Positions 10,318 through 18,636 of a stretch of 64,000 bases of DNA are shown here, in pieces. Source of the DNA: Candidatus Saccharimonadia bacterium (GTDB lineage Bacteria > Patescibacteriota > Saccharimonadia > UBA4664); the NCBI GenBank assembly GCA_041743505.1, contig JBGTMQ010000019.1, forward strand, positions 6,147 through 70,146, read 5' to 3'. Position 1 is the first letter of the stretch, and each line of letters opens with the position of its first letter. Below the pieces are notes generated by a model. That model had not been told where the DNA came from, made no database searches, and saw only the letters and a list, made by a program, of their open reading frames with translations. The position numbers and the translations under genes were made by a program.

Positions 10318-10821
10318 TCACTGCCGCACAACGAATGCGCCAGACTCGGCCTCATAGACCATTACCTCAGCTTCTGCGTCTGCGGGCCAGTCTTCACCCA
10401 CCAGTACCAGGCAGAGTCGCTGCTCCAGCATCTCCAGCTCTCTCAGCGGCATTTCGTCCCGAATATCATTATAGAAACTTTCGGGAGTCGCGAAACCCAG
10501 GCGCCGTAAAGCGTACTCGCTATCAGTTTCGAATTCGCCGTCATCACCGAAGTAGCCCCGGTAGTAAGAGCTGAGCTCGGCGTAACTTTTCCGGTAGTCG
10601 GCGTTTCCAGGGTCTTCATCGCCGGTAGTAACCTTCCGGTAAAGCTCCGCTTCGTCATCATCGACCAAGACGAACAGAGTGAAGCCGTCATTTTCGCCAT
10701 CAGTACGCTCCGCGCTACCCAAGAAGACACCTTCAGCCACCTCCAGCTGCAAGAGCTTTCTTGCCGCTCGGGCAGCCAAACCAAACAAGGGCTCATGAAC
10801 TTCCGTATGCACTATTGCCAT
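10318..10821 (-). CDS. Acidic hypothetical protein (array module)
   Basis: GGAG RBS before MAIVH; promoter TGGACA-17-TATTTA 10858-10886. Confidence 0.7.
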   Translation of the reverse strand: MAIVHTEVHEPLFGLAARAARKLLQLEVAEGVFLGSAERTDGENDGFTLFVLVDDDEAELYRKVTTGDEDPGNADYRKSYAELSSYYRGYFGDDGEFETDSEYALRRLGFATPESFYNDIRDEMPLRELEMLEQRLCLVLVGEDWPADAEAEVMVYEAESGAFVVRQ

Positions 10822-10930
10822 TATCACTCCAAATAGTAGGCCAACGGGATGCCCTAATAAATAACATAAATATTGTAAAATGTCCAATATAGTAGCCCCG
10901 TCTCAAGTTGAGTGACCCCTCAAATAAAAA

Positions 10931-10977
10931 CCCACCGAAGCGAGATCACCAGTAGGTGAAATCTCGCCCCGGCGGGG
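10931..10977 (-). repeat. Three-tier hairpin repeat, variant B copy 1 (terminator-like)
   Basis: CCCACCGAAGCGAGATCACCAGTAGGTGAAATCTCGCCCCGGCGGGG; near-identical core at 13219-13264. Confidence 0.85.
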
Positions 10978-10981
10978 GTTA

Positions 10982-11551
10982 CTACGATCCTTTGAGGCGC
11001 TTCAGCCAGTAGGCAGCTCGGGTGGACTCATCCCGGTCACGGAGATTCTCGAGTGTGGCAATGACCATTGCCTGCTCCTCGGCAGTGAAAGCATGCCAGC
11101 GCACTGAGGCCAAGGTGGCAGAATTGTCTTGCTCGAGGCGCCAGGCGGCGTTTCGCCCCACTTTCTTGACCTCTGTCTTAGCGAACGAGTCCCAGAACTG
11201 GTGGTTGTCGTACAGCGTTACCATCTCAATGCCTCGTTCATCCCGGATAGAGGTGAGGTACATGCTTAGCACCTCGACCGTCCAGTCCTCCGGCGGCACC
11301 ACCGTCACGTAATCCGCCGGCCCGGGATTCTCGGCCGGCTCCTCAAGCCAGACGAAGCCTGCGGCTTCAAGGTCGGCCCGAGTGCCTCCAATAATGTGCA
11401 CTGGAATCTTGATCGCCCGGAGGTTGTCGTGCTCCACGTCGTGAGCCTGCAAGACACTGAAACCCTCGGCCAGGTGCATGGCACTATCGGGGTCGTTGCT
11501 GCTTCCAATTGCGCTCAACGCAACTTGGAACGGGCTGGGTGATGCGGTCAT
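10982..11551 (-). CDS. Phage-like hypothetical protein (array module)
   Basis: GAGGAG RBS; PPEDW...IRDERG...FWD pattern; stop adjacent to repeat B. Confidence 0.75.
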   Translation of the reverse strand: MTASPSPFQVALSAIGSSNDPDSAMHLAEGFSVLQAHDVEHDNLRAIKIPVHIIGGTRADLEAAGFVWLEEPAENPGPADYVTVVPPEDWTVEVLSMYLTSIRDERGIEMVTLYDNHQFWDSFAKTEVKKVGRNAAWRLEQDNSATLASVRWHAFTAEEQAMVIATLENLRDRDESTRAAYWLKRLKGS

Positions 11552-11623
11552 GGGTTCTCCTCTTAGGAGTGTAGTTACTCGTGCATCATGTAGACACTTG
11601 CGTTCGGCGCCTTGGTCACGTTC

Positions 11624-11824
11624 TCAGTCATTGGACTCCATTTCTTCGAGGCTACGCCATGGACCGCCGCGATCGGCGTTCATTAGCAACGCCAACGTTG
11701 GCGCACTGGGTATGCGCCCACTGGCCAGATACAAACTCAAGGCTGGCCCGGCGCCGGCTTCAGGCTGCTGCTCAGGGGTCGGGTCTGCGGGCGTAGTGGC
11801 CCGCCTCTTCCATCGGCCTAACAT
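11624..11824 (-). CDS. Possible small hypothetical protein (MLGRWKRR...)
   Basis: 3' part of ORF 11624-11959, GGAG upstream; weak. Confidence 0.35.
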   Translation of the reverse strand: MLGRWKRRATTPADPTPEQQPEAGAGPALSLYLASGRIPSAPTLALLMNADRGGPWRSLEEMESND

Positions 11825-11883
11825 TCCCAGCTCCAATCGCGTGGTTAATACCAGAGTTCGACTAGATCCACAGCCATCCTCTG

Positions 11884-12189
11884 CTAAGGCTTCGCAGCGA
11901 TCGCATAGAGGATGAACATAAAGAACGCCATGGCGCCAAACTGGAGCAGGCTTGAACATACTAGCCGCTTCCAGAACGCCCTGGCCGACGTAAACGTCAT
12001 ATCATCCGAGGTAAACATTACCATCACGGAACTGACCAGAATCATGGCCAACCCAAGAGGCAAGTTGACCAGTGCGCCAAAAAACATGCCGCCGAAACCA
12101 AGAGTAGTCTGGGCTAGAATGAACCAAAGGTTGTCACCCAGTCGCTTACTGAGCCGGCCAAGGTATTGAGTATCCAGTGACGAAGTCAT
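11884..12189 (-). CDS. Small membrane protein (array module)
   Basis: Three hydrophobic segments; GGGAG RBS; promoter TTGCTT-17-TATTAT 12232-12260. Confidence 0.65.
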   Translation of the reverse strand: MTSSLDTQYLGRLSKRLGDNLWFILAQTTLGFGGMFFGALVNLPLGLAMILVSSVMVMFTSDDMTFTSARAFWKRLVCSSLLQFGAMAFFMFILYAIAAKP

Positions 12190-12305
12190 TCTGGCTCCCT
12201 TCGGAAAGCTAGATGTCAAAGAAACCTCAATATAATACCATATTTAGGGAACAAAAGCAACATCAAATTCAATGAAGACATAAAATACTCGGCCAGAAGT
12301 GAAAA

Positions 12306-12355
12306 CCCCGCTGGCTGCGAGGCTCACCCATACGGGTGGTCTCGCCCTGGCGGGG
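12306..12355 (-). repeat. Three-tier hairpin repeat, variant A copy 1
   Basis: CCCCGCTGGCTGCGAGGCTCACCCATACGGGTGGTCTCGCCCTGGCGGGG, identical to 14417-14466. Confidence 0.9.
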
Positions 12356-12371
12356 CAAAAAGCGGGGACTG

Positions 12372-12836
12372 TTACTCCCCGAGTCGAGATTTCAGGCTAT
12401 GCCACGCCGTCGCGGCAACCTTGGCCCAGTGGTAAGCGGCCGCCGGTATGAGCTCCGTTGGCGTGGAGGGGTAGCAATCCATTCGCTCCTCCGCCCGGCG
12501 GCTGGCTTCAGCGAAGGTTAAACTCTCACCGGGCGCCAGTAACTCCAGTTGATCGAGGTAAAACATCTCAATTGTATCCTCGTACGTCTGGTATCCGAAC
12601 TGCCCTGCGCTGTGACATTCCCCCATCGTAGTGAACCGGCTCTGCAGCGCGTCACTGAAAGCCCTCGGCCGGGTCAGCTTGTCGTTCGGGTCGACCGGCT
12701 CAAAATCTGGGGTCACGTTCAGGAGGCGGTAGTACCGGTCTCCCTCAACCAAAGTAATTGTGAGGCTGCCGTCCGGGTTGACCTCAGCCGCCACCAACCG
12801 GATTACGTTCTGGGCATCAACTACTGAAACGGACAT
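12372..12836 (-). CDS. Hypothetical protein, paralog of 17852-18334
   Basis: Shared GS.TIT....RYY......PDF..V....KL motif; GAGAGG RBS; promoter TTGCAA-17-TATTAT 12891-12919. Confidence 0.75.
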   Translation of the reverse strand: MSVSVVDAQNVIRLVAAEVNPDGSLTITLVEGDRYYRLLNVTPDFEPVDPNDKLTRPRAFSDALQSRFTTMGECHSAGQFGYQTYEDTIEMFYLDQLELLAPGESLTFAEASRRAEERMDCYPSTPTELIPAAAYHWAKVAATAWHSLKSRLGE

Positions 12837-13066
12837 GGTTGTCCTCTCGAGCATGCATCACTACAGATGCGAGCAAATGCGAACACATACATAATAACAT
12901 AAATCCTATGACTTTGCAAGCAAAATAGTGTAAAATGATGGATTGTACCACGTCGGCCACAGTCGTAACGGACACTTCACTTATCGTCAATCGAAACGCC
13001 CCGCACATTAGCGGGGCGTAGTGGTCTCGGCCTACTTGAACTCGGCCAGCCGTTAGAGAAACAACG

Positions 13067-13132
13067 TCAGCGCGCGGCCACCTCACGCCTAACGCTCAAA
13101 CCGGCCTGTCCGATAGATCTAGGACTTGGCAA
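13067..13132 (-). CDS. Putative 21-aa peptide with an extremely long Shine-Dalgarno
   Basis: AGAAAGGAGGTGATCC then TTG; MPSPRSIGQAGLSVRREVAAR*; promoter TTGACC-17-TAAGAT 13165-13193; hairpin 12996-13019. Confidence 0.45.
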   Translation of the reverse strand: MPSPRSIGQAGLSVRREVAAR

Positions 13133-13218
13133 CGGATCACCTCCTTTCTCTTAATACAATCGCTATCTTATAGGGCCCCCGCCAAACGGTCAATGCCATC
13201 AGCACATGCCAAGAAAAA

Positions 13219-13264
13219 CCGCCGGAGCGAGATCACTAGTAGGTGAAATCTCGCCCCAGCGGGG
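13219..13264 (-). repeat. Three-tier hairpin repeat, variant B copy 2
   Basis: CCGCCGGAGCGAGATCACTAGTAGGTGAAATCTCGCCCCAGCGGGG just after stop of 13269-14291. Confidence 0.85.
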
Positions 13265-13268
13265 TGGG

Positions 13269-14291
13269 TTAGAGCTGCCGCTCAATAATCAGGTCGCCCG
13301 AACCTCGGCGGCGCTTCTGTATCTCGCCCTCGACTATGTTGACCTTGAGGTCTCCTGAGCCATTCAGCTTCAGGTTGGCCGTGCCGGCGGTGCCATCGAT
13401 TGTGAGTTCGCCGGAGCCATTGTTGGTGGCCGTCAGTCTCGGGTGGTAACCAAACACAACCGTCAGATCACCTGATCCATTGATCTCGGCCTCAACCGGA
13501 CCATTAACCCGGACAACCTCGATCTCGCCGCTGGCGGATACATTGGCATCCAGTGAGGTGGCCGAGCCGCCCAAGATATTGATATCGCCGCTGGCCCTAG
13601 TCTTGGCTGTCACCGGTCCTGAAACCGCTGCAACCTCGATGTCGCCACTTGCGAGAGTGGTCAGGTCAGCGCTGCTGACCTGACCTGCCGTGACATTGCC
13701 ACTACGTGCTTCCACGAACAGTGGACCGTGAGTATCGCCAATCACGACATCACCCGAGTCACCGTCCACGTTCACGGAGGTGCCCGGCGGCACCTTCACC
13801 AGAACCTGAACGGACGGACCGCTCTGGATGGTCGTTTGACTGAAAAAGCTGCCAAAGCGGAGGCTGCCAACCCGCATGTTGCTGGTACTGAGGCTTGCCG
13901 GCCGCGCCGCGGTAGAATCCTCGTCGATTCGGAGGACCGAGCCAGTTTCGCCGGTACCAGTGGCAACATTGCACCGCACCGCCCTGGCCAGATCATCCGG
14001 ACCCGTGACAGTGACTTCGAAGCCGCTGACATCCGCTACTTCAACCGTGACATCGGCCTTCAGCCGGGACAGGATCAGGCGGTCGGCTTGGTAACGGGTA
14101 GGGCCGAGCGTGACTCGGTCCGGGCTAACGTCTGTGTCGAGGTTGATGTAGCCCGGTCCCCCGTTGTGCACTTGCCCGGTTCTAACGTTGCACCAGCTGC
14201 CGTCCGCGAAATACACGGTGTCGTTGACAATGCTCCGGACTGCTTTGTCGGAATCGATAACGCGGTCATTGACGGTGAAGGCCATAGCCAT
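13269..14291 (-). CDS. DUF2807/DUF4097-like beta-helix (GIN/putative adhesin) repeat protein
   Basis: Repeated xSGDIxV / NGSGDL units; promoter TAGACA-17-TATGAT 14349-14377. Confidence 0.8.
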   Translation of the reverse strand: MAMAFTVNDRVIDSDKAVRSIVNDTVYFADGSWCNVRTGQVHNGGPGYINLDTDVSPDRVTLGPTRYQADRLILSRLKADVTVEVADVSGFEVTVTGPDDLARAVRCNVATGTGETGSVLRIDEDSTAARPASLSTSNMRVGSLRFGSFFSQTTIQSGPSVQVLVKVPPGTSVNVDGDSGDVVIGDTHGPLFVEARSGNVTAGQVSSADLTTLASGDIEVAAVSGPVTAKTRASGDINILGGSATSLDANVSASGEIEVVRVNGPVEAEINGSGDLTVVFGYHPRLTATNNGSGELTIDGTAGTANLKLNGSGDLKVNIVEGEIQKRRRGSGDLIIERQL

Positions 14292-14416
14292 CCTTTCAGG
14301 GTACGAGCAGAGGTTTGCTAGCTTCCTGAGCTAGGCACAGGATTTTAAATCATAACACAAAAAATGAAAGTTGTCTACTATAGGCGAATAACAATCCAAT
14401 GTTGCCAAAATAAAGG

Positions 14417-14466
14417 CCCCGCTGGCTGCGAGGCTCACCCATACGGGTGGTCTCGCCCTGGCGGGG
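14417..14466 (-). repeat. Three-tier hairpin repeat, variant A copy 2
   Basis: 50-nt identity with 12306-12355; abuts stop codon at 14467. Confidence 0.9.
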
Positions 14467-15273
14467 CTAGGCAGGCTGAGCCCGGCTCTCATGTTCGAGC
14501 ATTATCGTCCCAGCCCGGATGAAACGGTCTGTGTAATTCGAGTCCGGATTGCTATCCTCGAAGGTGGCATGGCCGCTCGGAAATATGAATCCAAAGGCTT
14601 CATCACCACCCTCCTTGTCCGAAGGCTCGCTGGTGACTTCACCCTCGAACATCTTGCCAGACTGGCCGTTTTCCTCCCATTTCAACTCGCATGGACATAT
14701 CTTTGTGATACGGACAACGACTATCTTCGAGTAGGGATTGTCAGCCTCAGGCTCTGTCGTAAAGGTTACGACGCTACCAACACCCAGCGACTCGTAGGGT
14801 TCCGGGTACGTGGCCATGAAACGGCGCATGGAGAACATACCAATCGCTTCAGCTTCGGTAATCCGGAAACTTCTCCAGTACCAACTAGGATCGTACGTTG
14901 CATCCGGTATGCCCAGAGCTTCCCAATCCACGCGTGAAAGCCGTTTGAGGAAACCATCAATGAAGTCAACGTTTGGTCGTAAGGCATCAAATTCCGCCTC
15001 ACTCAGTTTGTGCCGGCTTGTCAGCAGGATCTTGCGCTCATGGCGAACAATCAAAACGAGGTCAATACGATCTTCGACGCGAACAATCTTACTGGTGAGC
15101 AGCCGGTTCAGGATAGCGACTTCGTCAGCAAAGATCTTGAGACATGATGTGAGCTCATCGCCTTTGAGATCTTTCAGGAGTTTGGCGTCCCTAACCACGT
15201 TTCGCTGCAGTGTATTTGCTAGCCAGGAAAGCTCTTCCGAATGAAGTCCGTAACCCTCTACCTCAGCGGACAT
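14467..15273 (-). CDS. Hypothetical protein (array module)
   Basis: 269-codon ORF, GAAGGG RBS. Confidence 0.7.
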   Translation of the reverse strand: MSAEVEGYGLHSEELSWLANTLQRNVVRDAKLLKDLKGDELTSCLKIFADEVAILNRLLTSKIVRVEDRIDLVLIVRHERKILLTSRHKLSEAEFDALRPNVDFIDGFLKRLSRVDWEALGIPDATYDPSWYWRSFRITEAEAIGMFSMRRFMATYPEPYESLGVGSVVTFTTEPEADNPYSKIVVVRITKICPCELKWEENGQSGKMFEGEVTSEPSDKEGGDEAFGFIFPSGHATFEDSNPDSNYTDRFIRAGTIMLEHESRAQPA

Positions 15274-15327
15274 TACTTGCCCTTCTGTGAGAAAACAATC
15301 GAACATATATATAAAAACGCGAAACCA

Positions 15328-15351
15328 AAATAATTACAATGTGGGCCCGGC
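15328..15351 (-). repeat. Degenerate copy of tRNA-Ile2 3' end plus adjacent -35 region
   Basis: AAATAATTACAAT-GTGGGCCCGGC vs AAATAATTGCAATGGTGGGCCCGGC at 21231-21255. Confidence 0.7.
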
Positions 15352-15433
15352 CAACGATCAGCGCCGCATAAAAATAAAGGCCCCGCTAAACTTCAGCGGG
15401 GCCATCAGCGGCTGTTGATAGGCAAACGTGGTG

Positions 15434-16003
15434 TCACGCCTTATCAGATTCCCATGGGCCGAACCACAGTCCAGTGGCGGCCAAGAGCGACCGGCGGGCC
15501 ATATCCCGGTCACTGGCCTGGTAGGCCGGACTGAGCGCGGCGTAGCGCAAGCGGGCCAATGCCCGCCAGCGTTGCACCTTTTCCGGATTCCACGCTAACA
15601 GCATATAGGAAACCCAGTGCGTGGTCTGCTCCCATTCCTGCCGCTCCATCGCCTCAAACCGCACCGGCCGGATCGTGGTCCGGCACTCGGTCTCGATGAT
15701 GTGTTGGGCAATCCGCGCCCAGCGTGTGCAATAGATCTCACGCTCATAAGGTGTCAATTCTTCGAAAGATTTGCGCATTAGGATGCAGTAGGCTGCATCC
15801 TCACTTGGGACAGCGTGCATCCAGGGCTCAAACATATCAATCCATTGTTCGTGTTCGAGGTCCCCAAGTAAATGCAGGAGCGGGAAGTCTGGGTCAAATG
15901 CCCGCAACTCCTCATCCCGCCGGTCATTACTGAGCGAGTCGAAGGCGAAAGTGGGCCGCCACTCGCCCATGTCAGCGTACGGGAAACTTGGGCGGTCAGT
16001 CAT
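15434..16003 (-). CDS. Phage-like hypothetical protein with two internal H/E..W...Y/F..L.P.....D/E units
   Basis: Promoter TTGCAA-17-TATTAT 16044-16072; hairpin 15379-15403. Confidence 0.7.
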   Translation of the reverse strand: MTDRPSFPYADMGEWRPTFAFDSLSNDRRDEELRAFDPDFPLLHLLGDLEHEQWIDMFEPWMHAVPSEDAAYCILMRKSFEELTPYEREIYCTRWARIAQHIIETECRTTIRPVRFEAMERQEWEQTTHWVSYMLLAWNPEKVQRWRALARLRYAALSPAYQASDRDMARRSLLAATGLWFGPWESDKA

Positions 16004-16113
16004 CGTGGTCCAATCGGCCGAATTTTTGATCTAGGACCGCTATATAATACAATATTTAATTGACAATTGCAATAGAAAAACCCCGCCAAACTTCAGCGGG
16101 GCCAGCTCATGGT

Positions 16114-17478
16114 CTAATTTCGAAGCTTGGTCCTGTGGCCTAAAGCCGGATTGGGCGCCTGACCACGCTGATGAGTCCGGACGTAGGTTTCGCCTTCAGA
16201 TAAGCTAATTCCTCGCTCCTCCCAAGCTAGCTGGCGCGCCCTTTCGGTCGCTGTGCACCCCGCCGGTAGCGGGCGGACGAAGCCGGTTACGGAGTGACGA
16301 GCCGTCGGCTCACGGTCCAAACGCTCCGTCTCGGCCATAGCATCCGCCATTTCTCGCTGCAGAGCGAGCCGTACGGCTGCTGGATCCCCGAGCACGCGCA
16401 GGCGGGGAAGCACCAGGTCGCGCAGACCGGCTCTCCATCGCTGCCTGTGCTCGTCACGTTCGCGGTGTCCCTTTGGCAGTACCGGCCAGGCCGGCACTGC
16501 CAAGCCAGGCGCTACGTACTGCGGTACAATCAAGTTATACAGCCTCAGTAGCTGAATAATTCGGAAGAGCGTGTAGGCTACAGTCCGGTCCGCCTGAACA
16601 AAGCATTCGCGCAGTGATACGGCGCCAATCCCAACATCAGTCGTAAACTCGCCGGCAACGCCAATGGCGGCCATCAGCTTACTCCGAAAGTCGAATTCAA
16701 CGCCGGCGTAGTCGAGGTTCTCAGCCCGGTGCGCCACCCTCGTTGGTTCAAGGTGCCCAATTTCGCTCCTTGCAGCCAAAATTGCCAACGCCAATGGCTT
16801 TGTCAACTCGAGACGGTCGTCGCTGTCTATGTCACGTACGACGTCATAGCCGTCCACGAAGACCCAGGCGTCCTCATTGCTATGCAAGATACCGTCTTGA
16901 AACAAACAGGGCTTCACGCCATACGCCCGGTGCTCCGCCAAGGCCGTCGCCAACTCGGAGATCACTCGCTCGCCGTCTTTGATGCCCACAGCAGCCAGCT
17001 GTTCGGCCGCTTCCTCGTCAGCCGGCATCTGCCGCTTCAGTAGGTGCACAGCGTAGTGGTGGGCCACGTAACTCTTGTAGAAGCTACCCGCCTTGAAGTA
17101 GAGCCAGCCGTGGAACTGTGACAGCCGGAGCGACTCCACGAACTGCCCTAGCTCTTTCAGGTACGACTCGTCCAGAGGTAACCGCACCGCGCCGAGCCGC
17201 GCCAGCGATACCGCCAGCATATTGCTAATAACTGACGCATGCTGGTAACCCACAACCTCCTGTTTGATCGTGTCGATCGTGTCCATAACATCCAGGAGGC
17301 GCTGGAGTTGGTTGCGAATCGGCCCGGCTATTTCGAACCAGCCGTATATCCGGTGAACCGCCGCGGCTATTTGCGCAGCCGATACGGCATCAGGCTGGCG
17401 CAGCAGCTTAGTAACCAGCAGCTCCAGCGAGGTGTCACGCACTCGTCTCGGTGCCTGGATAGGCCACGGGATAGTCAT
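16114..17478 (-). CDS. Hypothetical protein, C-terminal H.V.GFVR.L...GETYVRTHQRG motif
   Basis: Long ORF; promoter TGGACT-17-TATAGA 17525-17553; hairpin 16081-16103. Confidence 0.75.
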   Translation of the reverse strand: MTIPWPIQAPRRVRDTSLELLVTKLLRQPDAVSAAQIAAAVHRIYGWFEIAGPIRNQLQRLLDVMDTIDTIKQEVVGYQHASVISNMLAVSLARLGAVRLPLDESYLKELGQFVESLRLSQFHGWLYFKAGSFYKSYVAHHYAVHLLKRQMPADEEAAEQLAAVGIKDGERVISELATALAEHRAYGVKPCLFQDGILHSNEDAWVFVDGYDVVRDIDSDDRLELTKPLALAILAARSEIGHLEPTRVAHRAENLDYAGVEFDFRSKLMAAIGVAGEFTTDVGIGAVSLRECFVQADRTVAYTLFRIIQLLRLYNLIVPQYVAPGLAVPAWPVLPKGHRERDEHRQRWRAGLRDLVLPRLRVLGDPAAVRLALQREMADAMAETERLDREPTARHSVTGFVRPLPAGCTATERARQLAWEERGISLSEGETYVRTHQRGQAPNPALGHRTKLRN

Positions 17479-17607
17479 GGCTACCTTCTTCCGCATCCGA
17501 TGTAAATGACCAGTAAACTATACTTCTATAGCATAAAATAAACAAAAAGTCCAAAAATAACTAGCCGGCCCCCAAAGCGGGAGCCGGCCATTGTCGCTGT
17601 GCAAGAT

Positions 17608-17780
17608 TCAGGATAGGTCGCAGTAGGCGCTGTACTCATGAAGCACGTCGGGGCCCAGGTATGCCCGGACTGAGTTGCCCGAGGTGCGGCAGCCGGTGGC
17701 CACCGGGTCTTCAATCGCGTTGTGATAGTAGCCGGTGTTAGAACCGTCCGTATTGAAATAGACCTTGGTTAGGCCTGCAA
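17608..17780 (-). pseudogene. 3' remnant of a gene truncated at repeat A
   Basis: Coding-like ...GLTKVYFNTDGSNTGYYHNAIEDP...YCDLS* with own hairpin 17564-17588, but no start or promoter before repeat A. Confidence 0.5.
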
Positions 17781-17788
17781 AGTGAAAA

Positions 17789-17839
17789 CCCCGCTGGCTG
17801 CGAGGCTCACCCATTCGGGTGGTGCTCGCCCTGGCGGGG
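17789..17839 (-). repeat. Three-tier hairpin repeat, variant A copy 3
   Basis: One substitution and one insertion vs copy 1; shares AAGTGAAAA flank. Confidence 0.9.
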
Positions 17840-17851
17840 CGGTGTGGAAAT

Positions 17852-18334
17852 CTATTTTCCGGTGATGATCTTTTCGAGCCGCAGCCAGACCGTTGTGAAG
17901 ACCTTGAGGGCCTCGTAGTACGACCTGTTGGTCGGCTCCACATCGTCCAGCCTACAGCTGATGAGGTAAGCCTGGAAAGCCGGTCCAAACGTCTGATCGC
18001 GTTTTCTGAGGAGGTCTAGGATGAGTTTCAACTCGCAGCGCTCTTCAGGCAGGAAGTACCGCCGCGATACTCCGGTGTTCTCGACTTCGAGACGCCGGTC
18101 GTCCAGCCTGTCGCCTCCGGGGGAGTAGATGGAACCGGCAAACACCAGCTTGGCATCGTCGGGCACGGCAGGGAAGTCTGGACGGATGCGCTCGGCAGTG
18201 TAATACCTGCCGTCGAGCAAAAATGTGATGGTGACACTTCCGCCGTGAAGACTCAAATCCACACGCTGGGGCGTGAAACGGGCGTTCAGCTCAGCCATAC
18301 GGTCATCGGTAGTGCTGGCGGTCATTTGGACCAC
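17852..18334 (-). CDS. Hypothetical protein, paralog of 12372-12836
   Basis: GAGGAG RBS; promoter TTGACT-17-TATTAT 18395-18423. Confidence 0.75.
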   Translation of the reverse strand: MVQMTASTTDDRMAELNARFTPQRVDLSLHGGSVTITFLLDGRYYTAERIRPDFPAVPDDAKLVFAGSIYSPGGDRLDDRRLEVENTGVSRRYFLPEERCELKLILDLLRKRDQTFGPAFQAYLISCRLDDVEPTNRSYYEALKVFTTVWLRLEKIITGK

Positions 18335-18601
18335 TCCTCACTTGGGGCTAGGTCATCTTGGAGATGTTTAAGGTCCTGTTATCCGAACAGTAATATAATA
18401 ACACACAAGGCGTAAAAAGTCAAGGTGAAATTACTGACAGTCAATCGATATCGTCCTTAACTCTGCTTGCTCTTGATCTAGGCCACCTCAAATGAAGCCT
18501 ACCTGCCAGCACCCACCCCGCAGCCGAACCTGGTTTGCGGGGTGATTATTATTAAAAAGGCTCCATAAGTACAATCAAACTTCCTTTTCAGGGTGAGTTA
18601 G

Positions 18602-18630
18602 TTGACACAATGACAATCATATTATAGAAT
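18602..18630 (+). promoter_or_regulatory. Sigma70 promoter of the candidate large ncRNA
   Basis: TTGACA-17 bp-TAGAAT. Confidence 0.75.
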
Positions 18631-18636
18631 ACCAAA

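Noticed and set aside
13134-13149. 16S rRNA gene fragment
   Set aside because: Match limited to the anti-SD tail; the flanks do not resemble helix 45 or an ITS.
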